This document shows, in pieces, positions 17,619-26,295 of a stretch of 64,000 nt of DNA. A program made the translations under genes and the position numbers. A model generated the notes under the pieces. It made no database searches, was not told the DNA's origin, and saw only the letters and a list, made by a program, of their open reading frames with translations. The stretch is from Puniceicoccaceae bacterium (lineage in GTDB: Bacteria; Verrucomicrobiota; Verrucomicrobiia; Opitutales; Oceanipulchritudinaceae). Each line of letters opens with the position of its first letter. Position 1 is the stretch's first letter. The stretch is from assembly GCA_040830765.1 (NCBI GenBank), contig JBFOMH010000013.1, positions 1 to 64,000 on the forward strand. Direction: 5' to 3'.

Positions 17619-19778
17619 TTATTCATGCTCAACCAGGACCCGGTAGAATCGCTCCCTTACCGGCTCGCCGGTTGAAAGGGTCTGGAGGGTATCCGTTCCT
17701 CGCCGGTGCTCCGAGCCCTCAATGGTGATCCATGTCAACAAGTCTGATGTCTCCTGAAGGGTATAGAATCGCTCGAGTGAAGTGTGGAGTTTAACACCCG
17801 TGAAATCCATGGCAACCGTCGAATCGGGATAGCTGAGTGGATTGCCGGGATCGGTATCCCAATCGTATTCCTGCCGAAGGCTGAATCCATCCCCATCCAT
17901 ATCAACGTCAGGATCCTGCTGGCCGAACAACCCGTGGCCAGCTTCCCATTGTTCATTGATCCCGTTGTCGTTGGGATCGACATTCGCGCTGGCATCCAAT
18001 GCACACAGAAACGGGAAAAAGTCGGTCCAGGGGTTGGTCCGCTTCTGGTAATACAGGGAACCTGATTCAGAGGTCAGCCACAACCTTTTATCAATCGAGA
18101 AAACCTCTTCCAGGCCGGCGGGCATTCGCATCACCTCTGAACCAAAGGGAGCCTCCCGACCGGTCAAATAATTGTAGCTGTAGAGAACACTGTCGTTGTT
18201 GCCGTAACTGGTTGCCTGGAAGTTCTTCCATGCCGTTCGATCCGAGACATCGCTCTCGAAGTAGTAGTGGACGGACTGTGTTCTGCGGTGGGATTCGATA
18301 TGCGTCACTTCATAAGTCAACTCGGGCGCCTCGCCTTCTGAAACATTCATCTGGAACAGGTGCACCGGTGCCGCCGAATTGCTTTGGAAGTTACCAAGAT
18401 GAAGCATGAGTTGCCGCTTTGCATTCATGTGGATGCCCATGAAGGAAATACTGTTGAACCGGGCCCCGTCCCCCAAAACCCCGATCGGGTCCCTGAGCTT
18501 CCAGGTGGCATCCAGGTTCATTCCGGTAAATCCCTCCAAGGTGTGCGGATTGAAAGTGGCAGGCGGCAACCCGGAAAGATCATAGACATAAATGTCCGGG
18601 TCCATTGTCGTGCTGCGCGGCGGCCCGGGAACAAAGAGGAGATTGTCCCAGTAGGCAATACCTCCAACGTGCGACTTCAAGGAGGCCCCCGTCTCGTCAT
18701 GCAGGACGAACACACGCTCGAGACGGTAATCCGTCAGGCTGATCTCAACCACCACGCTGGGATAGGTGTAGGAAACTCCGCTAACCGTCCGGTGATACAT
18801 GGAGAGATAAAGGCGTCTGTTTTCGGCATCCCCGGCCATGCCCTGGACAACGTATCCGTCATTCAACAAGGGAAGGATGCGATGGTCCAATTCCAGCACA
18901 GTATATTCGGAATACTTCTCCGTTCCATCCGGATTGAAGACGGTCTCGAAAAGGCGTCGTTCCAGAGGATTGCCACCTGTTCCTCCGTCCAGTCCGATAT
19001 AGTTATGGAAGGCAGGAATACCGAAGTACGGTGATCCGTCCCGGATGACCGGAGCGGACAGGAAGTAGTCGCTTAGAGCATAATCATGTACTTGCACAGC
19101 CATTACATCGGCACTCAGCCAGTCCGTGAAACTGGCACCTCCGGCCCGTGCTGCGCCGACAACCGGTGTCGAGGGACTGGGTTGCCGCCCGTTCCCGTCA
19201 ATTACCGATCCATGAGCCACCCGTTGGCTGTCCAGCCACAGGTCGTGCTCGTGGAGGGAATTCCCACTATCAAAGTTATAACGGTAGACCAAGCGGTACC
19301 AGGTGCCCGGTACAAGAGCGCTCTCCGCGACCAGGTCATGGGGAATCCCGCCCCCCTCCGGCCAGAAGCGCCCAGCTGGCTTGCCATCAACCAGAAAGAG
19401 CGACCATCCGCTCCCTCCCGATACAGGTTCGTCACCTGCAATCACACGCATTCCAGCAAGATCCTCCGTCACCCGGAAGAATGCCTCTACCGTGAATTCG
19501 GCCTCCATCAATCCCTCCCCCGGAAAGCTCTCAAAAACGTAGGCACTATCATCGCGAAATACACCGAAGAGAACATTGCCGAAGGCGTCTCCACTCGCCC
19601 CCCTGACAAGCTGACCAAAGCCCGGCTCCAAGGTTTCCACCGGATCCGCAGCGGTTACATTGGCGGGTCGGTTCCCCGGGTAAAATCCTTCATAACGGTA
19701 CAGTGTTTGCCCGGCAGGCAGGACCAATGCCGGCAGAAAAAACAACCACGGAAACAGCAGGATACTTTTGTAACGCAA
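17619..19778 (-). CDS. Secreted LamG-like + probable beta-propeller protein with C-terminal S-x-DL-xx-W/FYR module
   Basis: FTVEAFF..GTWY LamG-like segment; VQGMA, HVGGIA, PAGLEE propeller-like blades; start uncertain (TTG 19778 gives a signal peptide and avoids overlap). Confidence 0.65.
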   Translation of the reverse strand: MRYKSILLFPWLFFLPALVLPAGQTLYRYEGFYPGNRPANVTAADPVETLEPGFGQLVRGASGDAFGNVLFGVFRDDSAYVFESFPGEGLMEAEFTVEAFFRVTEDLAGMRVIAGDEPVSGGSGWSLFLVDGKPAGRFWPEGGGIPHDLVAESALVPGTWYRLVYRYNFDSGNSLHEHDLWLDSQRVAHGSVIDGNGRQPSPSTPVVGAARAGGASFTDWLSADVMAVQVHDYALSDYFLSAPVIRDGSPYFGIPAFHNYIGLDGGTGGNPLERRLFETVFNPDGTEKYSEYTVLELDHRILPLLNDGYVVQGMAGDAENRRLYLSMYHRTVSGVSYTYPSVVVEISLTDYRLERVFVLHDETGASLKSHVGGIAYWDNLLFVPGPPRSTTMDPDIYVYDLSGLPPATFNPHTLEGFTGMNLDATWKLRDPIGVLGDGARFNSISFMGIHMNAKRQLMLHLGNFQSNSAAPVHLFQMNVSEGEAPELTYEVTHIESHRRTQSVHYYFESDVSDRTAWKNFQATSYGNNDSVLYSYNYLTGREAPFGSEVMRMPAGLEEVFSIDKRLWLTSESGSLYYQKRTNPWTDFFPFLCALDASANVDPNDNGINEQWEAGHGLFGQQDPDVDMDGDGFSLRQEYDWDTDPGNPLSYPDSTVAMDFTGVKLHTSLERFYTLQETSDLLTWITIEGSEHRRGTDTLQTLSTGEPVRERFYRVLVEHE

Positions 19779-19780
19779 TA

Positions 19781-19816
19781 TTGACAATTGAATTCCAGAC
19801 TGGCATTCGATGTCAA
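19781..19816. promoter_or_regulatory. Imperfect palindrome in a divergent promoter region; candidate operator
   Basis: TTGACAATTGAATTCCAG-A-CTGGCATTCGATGTCAA with TTGACA on both strands. Confidence 0.45.
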
Positions 19817-19857
19817 GCTTAGTACAATGGAGAAACGAAATGAATGAGGCCTCTACA

Positions 19858-20661
19858 ATGCGACCCTTGTCCGAATATCCTGCCAGTGATCTTGCCTCTG
19901 TCAGCCATGTCCTGACGGACATAGATGACACCATGACGACGGATGGGCGGATGCCGTCGGCCAGCCTCCGGGCGATGGAGGAACTGGAAGCCATTGGGGT
20001 TCAAATTATCCCTGTGACGGGACGACCGGCAGGCTGGTGTGACCACATTGCGCGGATGTGGCCGGTAGCTGCCGTTGTCGGTGAAAATGGGGCCCTGTAC
20101 TTTTCCTACGACCGTTCGGCAAGGGAGATGCGAACCTGGTACGCGCGGGCGGATAAGGCGGCTGCGGATCGCAAGGCATTGGGCCTGCTGGCGGAAAAAG
20201 TCCTCCGCGAGGTGCCCGGTTCAGCACTTGCATCGGACCAGCCTTACCGCCTCACGGACCTTGCGGTGGATTTTTGCGAGGATGTCCCGCGGCTGGATGA
20301 GGTCGCCGTCGGCAGGATTGTGGACATCCTGAAAGCCGGTGGCGCAACAACGAAGATCAGTTCGATCCACGTCAATGCCTGGTTCGGTCAGCACGACAAG
20401 CTGACAACATCCCTGAAGTGCCTGCAGGACCTGTTTGACATGGACGAGACAAAGGCACAGGCGACAGTGATTTTTTCGGGGGATTCACCAAACGACGAAC
20501 CGATGTTCAAGTATTTCAGGAATTCGGTCGGGGTAGCGAACGTGCGCAATTTCAGCTTGCGCCATCCTCCCCGATGGATCACCAAGAATAGGAGTGGGGA
20601 TGGATTTGCCGAGATGGCCTTTGCTATCCTGGACGCAAAAAGAAATCAACGGAATGGCTAA
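19858..20661 (+). CDS. HAD-IIB family hydrolase
   Basis: TDIDDT, VTGR, ENG, GDSPNDEPM. Confidence 0.88.
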   Translation: MRPLSEYPASDLASVSHVLTDIDDTMTTDGRMPSASLRAMEELEAIGVQIIPVTGRPAGWCDHIARMWPVAAVVGENGALYFSYDRSAREMRTWYARADKAAADRKALGLLAEKVLREVPGSALASDQPYRLTDLAVDFCEDVPRLDEVAVGRIVDILKAGGATTKISSIHVNAWFGQHDKLTTSLKCLQDLFDMDETKAQATVIFSGDSPNDEPMFKYFRNSVGVANVRNFSLRHPPRWITKNRSGDGFAEMAFAILDAKRNQRNG

Positions 20662-21607
20662 ACAACAATCATTGGGTGAAGAGGAACAATTCCAGGTACG
20701 CACGGCCTGGCTGTACCACATGGAGGGCCTGACCCAGGGGCAGATCGCGAAGCACCTGAATGTTACCCGACTGAAGGTCAACCGGGCCCTGCAGGACGCG
20801 AGGAAGAATGGTATCATCCGAATCCAGATAAATTCGCCCTACTCCCCCTGCGCTCAACTGGAAGCAGCCTTCAAGGAGCGATTCAAGCTCTCCGATGTTT
20901 CTATCGTTCCGACTGTCTCCGATGACTCCAAAATCCCGATGATTGTGGGATCACAACTAGGCCTTCACCTTTCCAAACTGCTCCAAAATCCCGAAATCAA
21001 GGTCTTCGGCATCGCCTGGGGCAGCGCCTTGCGATATGCCACCCAGGCCTTGGTCCCTTGCGACCGTCCCGACCTGGAAGTCGTCTGCACGATGGGCGGC
21101 CTGCCACACGGGGCCAATGTCAACGGATTTGAAATCACAACCCGCTTCGCGGAGCACTTTTCCGCCAAGCGAACCTACTTTACCGCCCCACTTTATGCCA
21201 ACACCAAGGATTCCCGCAACACCATCATGGTGCAGGGAGTCTTTCAGGAGATCCTCAGGATGATCCACAGGGCGGACGCCACCGCCACGAGTGTGGGCGA
21301 CATGAGCAATTCCATTATAATCCGCTATGGGTTGCCGGAGAACGTCACCCGACAGAGTCTGCTTGATGCAGGTGCTGTGGGTGAACTAATGGGCTTCTTC
21401 CTGGACGAGGACGGCAACCTGATCGACCATCCGATCAACGACTGCATTGTCGGCATAACGCCGGTCGACCTCAAGAAGATGCCCAACGCCATCCTCGCAG
21501 CCGGCGGACAGACCAAGGTCCCTATCATTTCCGCCGTCCTCAAAATGGGTATTTTCAATACCTTTGTGACCGACCAGCGGACAGCGGAAAGCGTCCTCAA
21601 ACATTAG
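20654..21607 (+). CDS. SorC/DeoR (LsrR-like) sugar-binding transcriptional regulator
   Basis: AWLYHMEGLTQ.QIA.HL.VTR.KV HTH; GIAWG, AAGG.K. Confidence 0.9.
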   Translation: MAKQQSLGEEEQFQVRTAWLYHMEGLTQGQIAKHLNVTRLKVNRALQDARKNGIIRIQINSPYSPCAQLEAAFKERFKLSDVSIVPTVSDDSKIPMIVGSQLGLHLSKLLQNPEIKVFGIAWGSALRYATQALVPCDRPDLEVVCTMGGLPHGANVNGFEITTRFAEHFSAKRTYFTAPLYANTKDSRNTIMVQGVFQEILRMIHRADATATSVGDMSNSIIIRYGLPENVTRQSLLDAGAVGELMGFFLDEDGNLIDHPINDCIVGITPVDLKKMPNAILAAGGQTKVPIISAVLKMGIFNTFVTDQRTAESVLKH

Positions 21608-23189
21608 CCGGGGCAAGAACCGAGGCAGCGTCCGTGTAGACGTAATGCCGGGCCATGGATGCGAAGCCGTCCACCTGTTCCTGTACCCATTGCCCGTTAT
21701 GACCGAGCTCTCCAGCAAGCAGGGTTGCTGTTTCTCCTGCTGCCTCGATGCTGGCCCGGGCATTCAGGAGGAGTGACCGGGTACGCCGGGAAAGGACATC
21801 CTCCACCGTCATGGCCATTTCATTACGGGCATGCCAGACCACCTCCCCCTTCCGGTAAGGCAAGTCAGGATGCAGTAACGCGTCCATCCCTGGCTCAGTT
21901 TGACATAGTTTCCTCACACCAGCGGCATCCGATCCGTAGACCTTCATGGTGTCCTCAGGATCGGTCTCCTCTGTCCATCCGTGGATCTTCAGCTCTTCCG
22001 TGGCACACTCCCGCTGCTCCAGCCCTGCGGACTTGATGGACATGTTGACAACATCCTCAGCCATCTTCCGGTAGGTGGTCCACTTTCCCCCGGTAACGGT
22101 TACCAATCCCGAATTGCCCACCAGGATGGTATGGTCCCGGGAGAGTTTGGATGTACTTTTTGCACCAGTGGCGCGGACCAAAGGTCGCAGGCCGGCGAAG
22201 ATGGAAAGGACATCGCTGTCGGAGGGATCCTTGGCCAGGTACTTGCAGGCATGTGACATGACAAACTCGCGCTCTTCCTCCAAGGCGATCGGCTCCAGAT
22301 TTGGTTGTTCAACCTGGATATCAGTTGTCCCGACCACCACGCAGCCGTGCCAGGGAATAGCAAACAAGACCCTGCCATCGGCAGTCTTGGGGACCATCAG
22401 GGCACAATTTCCGGGAAGGAATTCCCCCGGAAGGACGAAATGAATGCCCTGGCTGACCGTAACGATCGGGGCATGGTCCCGGTCGTCGAAATTCAAAAGA
22501 TCATCCACGAAAACCCCGGTTGCGTTCACGACAACACGTGCGGACAGTTCATGCTCTTCGCCGCTCAAGGTATCCCTTGCGAGGATGCCACTGACGCGAC
22601 CCGACTCCTTTATCAATCCAACACACTGGACGTAGTTAAGAACATCCGCCCCTGCCTCCACGGCCGTCTGGGCAAGGTTTATCAACAGGCGGGAATCATC
22701 AAACTGCCCGTCATGATAAACAACCCCGCCACGCAGTCCCTCGGGCTCGATTGTTGGTATGTTGCGAACGGCCTCATCCCTGCCGACCATCCGGGATCGC
22801 CCGAAGGAATATCTACCGGCTAGCCGATCATATGCCTTCAGACCGATTCCATAGTAAGGACCTTCCCACCAGTTATAGCTGGGAATCATGAACTCAAGGT
22901 CATGAACCAGATGCGGTGCGTTGCGCAGCATCAGGCCGCGTTCCTTGAGCGCATGCAGGACCAGGGATAAGTTGCCTTGCTTGAGATAGCGTACACCTCC
23001 GTGCACCAGCTTGGTACTCCGGCTGCTTGTTCCCTTGCCGAAGTCACTCTGCTCCACCAACAGCACCCGGAATCCCCGGTTGCTGGCATCAACTGCCGTT
23101 CCCAGGCCTGTGGCCCCACCTCCGACGATTATCATGTCGTAGGGCACATTTTCGGCAGACAGGCCTTCTAGCATCACTTGTCTATTCAT
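21597..23189 (-). CDS. glpD: FAD-dependent glycerol-3-phosphate dehydrogenase
   Basis: VGGGATG, GTSSRSTKLVHGGVRYL, DGQFDD.R, AGLRPL, GGKWTTYRKMAED. Confidence 0.93.
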   Translation of the reverse strand: MNRQVMLEGLSAENVPYDMIIVGGGATGLGTAVDASNRGFRVLLVEQSDFGKGTSSRSTKLVHGGVRYLKQGNLSLVLHALKERGLMLRNAPHLVHDLEFMIPSYNWWEGPYYGIGLKAYDRLAGRYSFGRSRMVGRDEAVRNIPTIEPEGLRGGVVYHDGQFDDSRLLINLAQTAVEAGADVLNYVQCVGLIKESGRVSGILARDTLSGEEHELSARVVVNATGVFVDDLLNFDDRDHAPIVTVSQGIHFVLPGEFLPGNCALMVPKTADGRVLFAIPWHGCVVVGTTDIQVEQPNLEPIALEEEREFVMSHACKYLAKDPSDSDVLSIFAGLRPLVRATGAKSTSKLSRDHTILVGNSGLVTVTGGKWTTYRKMAEDVVNMSIKSAGLEQRECATEELKIHGWTEETDPEDTMKVYGSDAAGVRKLCQTEPGMDALLHPDLPYRKGEVVWHARNEMAMTVEDVLSRRTRSLLLNARASIEAAGETATLLAGELGHNGQWVQEQVDGFASMARHYVYTDAASVLAPANV

Positions 23190-23281
23190 CGATTTCAAGG
23201 AGCGCCAGGCTCCATGTAATTTGCCAACGCTGATTTAAAATTACCAAAGTAAAGCCATCCGCCCTCGTCGGGGCGGGAAGC

Positions 23282-23311
23282 CCGGGGCTCCCCGTGAAAG
23301 GGAAGCCCCGG
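23282..23311. terminator. GC-rich hairpin downstream of the lamin-tail gene
   Basis: CCGGGGCT.CCC...GGG.AGCCCCGG inverted repeat; no clear U-tract. Confidence 0.4.
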
Positions 23312-23340
23312 CGAATTATCAAGGCCGGGAAAGCCTGTTT

Positions 23341-26253
23341 CTACATTCTCGATTCCCAGGAAGCTGTACCGTAATTGTACACCCAGGGATAGAAGACATA
23401 GTTGCTGTACCACCATGCACCCACGCCGAAGTCATAGGCCCAGATGTTCCCGGTGAAGGAGAACGGATTCACGTACCACCAGGTACCCAGGTCATAGCTG
23501 TAGACCCAAGGCGTATCGGTCGTCGGGGGTCCGCTCGTGGCCATCCATCCGAATAGAGGATCGAAGTGGACCCCAGTATCATCAATATAGCTGATGTTGA
23601 TGAACTTCTTTGGCAGATAAACTGAACCGTTGCCCGCGAAGGCAAGTCCGTCCTTGTCCGCTCCGGGTGAAGCCAGGAGGAACGAGCCGGACACCTCGAG
23701 GTGCAGGGCAAGTTCGCCGGTCAGGTCCGGATTGCGGGTCAGGGCCATGCCTTGGGTAATCGAGGCATTGGCAATGTCCTCAATGATCTCGACCAGGAAC
23801 CCATGCTCATTGAAGAGCTTGATTTCGAAGTCAGTATCTATCCGCATATCCAGGCCGTTCTTCTTGATGCCTCCACGCGAATTACTGGCCGTCTGGACCG
23901 TTGCATTGGCAAATGTTGCATCCATGGCCTTATCCGGTGCAATCTTACCAAACACGACGATAGAACCACCATCCGGCAGCCATGTTCCATCCGGGAACCA
24001 ATGAATCGGTCGGTCGGCAGCAAACGTGCCGCCCGTATCCCAAGTGAGATACCACCCGCTCAGGTTGACCAGACGTCCGGAGGTGTTCACCAGTTCGACA
24101 TATTGGTCGCCGAGTTCGTCGTCAACCAACCCATCGAGGTTATAGTCGGTGGCCGTTTCATTCACGTCCGTGTTGATCTCGTTAATGACCACGCTGAGGT
24201 CGCTGACCGCGACATCCTCCACTGTGAGGGTGGCAGAGCCGGGCAGTGCATAGGTGCCTCCGCGTGCTTCGAATGTTACCAGCCGGTCCCCGTCAAGGAC
24301 GTTATCATCGACCGCATCGATCGCGAAGGTAGCCTGTGTGCTGCCTTCGGGAACGGTCACGACAAGGGAGGCCAGATCAATTTCATCCGGTGAATAGGTC
24401 CCGTCGCCATGCATCATGACGCCGCTGGTGACCAGGCTGACGTCGTATCCGCCAGATGGGGCAGCAGTGGCCAGGGTGATGGTACCGGTGGCTGCACTGG
24501 CGCCTGCCGATTCCAGAACGGTGGCAGGCTCAACGGTCAACGTAATGACATTTTCCGGCTCGAAGTATGGCGTGCCATCATACCAGACGCCCGGTGAAAA
24601 GAGAGTCTGGCCAGAGCCCGCGATATTCGAGTGCAGGTTGGCTTCCCTGTATTCACGCCCGTAGTCAAACGGACCATCCTTGGACAGGATGTGCCATGAC
24701 CCGGTGGTGTCCTTCCCTTTATGTCCTTCCGGGAAGCCCGCCGTGATGGCGAGGACGTCATCCTGGATCAACGGCATGTTGATCAGGTCAACCGCCGCCC
24801 CGAATGGTGCATCCAGGAACGCGATCTCCGCGCGGCTGTTGATATTGAATCCGAGGCCATTTCCGCCACCACTGGGCAGCTGGACAATCGCGCCCCCAAA
24901 GGTGCCGATGGGTGTTCCGCCGCCGAAAACCACGAGAACCTGATTCGGGGCCAGAACGGTCCCGTCCGGTATCAGGTGGCGGTCGGCAAGGTCATCACCA
25001 ATTCGCCAGCCGCTCATATCAACCGGGTAATCACTCAGGTTGACGATTTCGATGTACTGGTCGCGAGTGTTGTGGCGAACTCCATCCCCATTCGCATCAC
25101 CAAAGAGGTCTTCATCCAAGTTGCCGGGAACCAGGTTCTGGACTTCCATAATGACTACATTGGGCTTTTCGGTGACATTGGTCACAAGGACCCGCGCCTG
25201 TTCACGGTTGTAACCGGGTGCGTCAACATAGAGGTCAACGACCTTCACCCCGGTGAACTGCCCGTCCTGGACAATCTCAACGGGAACCACCACGGAGGAC
25301 TGTCCCTCTGGAATAGTAACCTCGCTTGAAGGCATACTGAGGGAGGAAGCCGAGCGACTGTCAGAAGGGGTCAGGGTGAAGGTGACTCCACCGGCAGGCG
25401 CTGGTGATCCCAACGTCAAGGTCAATGGATTGGCAAGCCCTCCGCTTTCCGGTTCCGTCACTTCAGTGGCCTGGACGGCCACGTCGACGAAGTTCACACC
25501 GGGGGTTCCATAAAGGCGAAATTCGCCGATATGGTAGTCCTCGTTCCCGGCATTACCAGTCCCGGTCAAATGGACTTCAATAATCGAGCCATGGCCAATC
25601 ACCGGGAAGTCCCAATCGCCGAAGAAACCAAGGATGAGACGATCATCCATAACGGCGGTGGTCACAGTGTCCCTGGGTCCCAGGTAATAGGCGGGGACAT
25701 TGTTACTTGACGGAGCCTTGAACCCGCCGATTTCGATCCAGTCACCCCCGTCGATACGGGTACGGATGTAGAAATCGTCATCGGGCTCATTGCCAGCACC
25801 AAATCCTGCCGCGATAGTCAGCTCGATCCGGAGGTTACCATAGCTGGCAATATCGATGTTCGGAAACTTCAAACGGCAACTTTTGGCAATCATGTCCTCA
25901 CCCGGGAATTCATCAGCTCTCGGAAGGCCGGTACCATCAAAGTCCATATCCTGCATACTGAAGACCCAGTCACCGACCAGGGTCCCACCTGCGCGGACCT
26001 GCAATCCGTCCGAACCGATCATGCGGCGGGCATTCATGTTGTTGCCGCCGTCGTCACGACCGCCGATGACAATGTATTTGCCAGCCTCCACCGTTGAGAC
26101 GTCAGGATTATTTTCCGGAGTGGCTATGATCTCCCTGGCGGGATCCTCGAAGTTCTCCATGTACAACAGTTCCTCCTGTCCTGATAATGGAACGGAGAAC
26201 AACAACAGGCCCCCAAGGAGCCAGTGTAATTTCTGGGTAGGTTTATTATTCAT
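23341..26253 (-). CDS. Secreted lamin-tail-domain (x2) / Calx-beta-like surface protein with aromatic-rich C-terminal module
   Basis: Signal peptide; two VINE/IME...YVELVN..VNLSGW repeats; Calx-beta-like VTIPEGQSS and VTVPEGSTQATF; W/Y-rich tail. Confidence 0.75.
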   Translation of the reverse strand: MNNKPTQKLHWLLGGLLLFSVPLSGQEELLYMENFEDPAREIIATPENNPDVSTVEAGKYIVIGGRDDGGNNMNARRMIGSDGLQVRAGGTLVGDWVFSMQDMDFDGTGLPRADEFPGEDMIAKSCRLKFPNIDIASYGNLRIELTIAAGFGAGNEPDDDFYIRTRIDGGDWIEIGGFKAPSSNNVPAYYLGPRDTVTTAVMDDRLILGFFGDWDFPVIGHGSIIEVHLTGTGNAGNEDYHIGEFRLYGTPGVNFVDVAVQATEVTEPESGGLANPLTLTLGSPAPAGGVTFTLTPSDSRSASSLSMPSSEVTIPEGQSSVVVPVEIVQDGQFTGVKVVDLYVDAPGYNREQARVLVTNVTEKPNVVIMEVQNLVPGNLDEDLFGDANGDGVRHNTRDQYIEIVNLSDYPVDMSGWRIGDDLADRHLIPDGTVLAPNQVLVVFGGGTPIGTFGGAIVQLPSGGGNGLGFNINSRAEIAFLDAPFGAAVDLINMPLIQDDVLAITAGFPEGHKGKDTTGSWHILSKDGPFDYGREYREANLHSNIAGSGQTLFSPGVWYDGTPYFEPENVITLTVEPATVLESAGASAATGTITLATAAPSGGYDVSLVTSGVMMHGDGTYSPDEIDLASLVVTVPEGSTQATFAIDAVDDNVLDGDRLVTFEARGGTYALPGSATLTVEDVAVSDLSVVINEINTDVNETATDYNLDGLVDDELGDQYVELVNTSGRLVNLSGWYLTWDTGGTFAADRPIHWFPDGTWLPDGGSIVVFGKIAPDKAMDATFANATVQTASNSRGGIKKNGLDMRIDTDFEIKLFNEHGFLVEIIEDIANASITQGMALTRNPDLTGELALHLEVSGSFLLASPGADKDGLAFAGNGSVYLPKKFINISYIDDTGVHFDPLFGWMATSGPPTTDTPWVYSYDLGTWWYVNPFSFTGNIWAYDFGVGAWWYSNYVFYPWVYNYGTASWESRM

Positions 26254-26295
26254 GTTTCGTTATGGTTTAGGATTTGTAGTGAATATTTGAGTCAG

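Noticed and set aside
19779..19994. N-terminal extension of the 791-aa ORF (likewise 31485-31790 of the EEP ORF)
   Set aside because: Each overlaps a well-supported neighbouring gene, and downstream starts give signal peptides.
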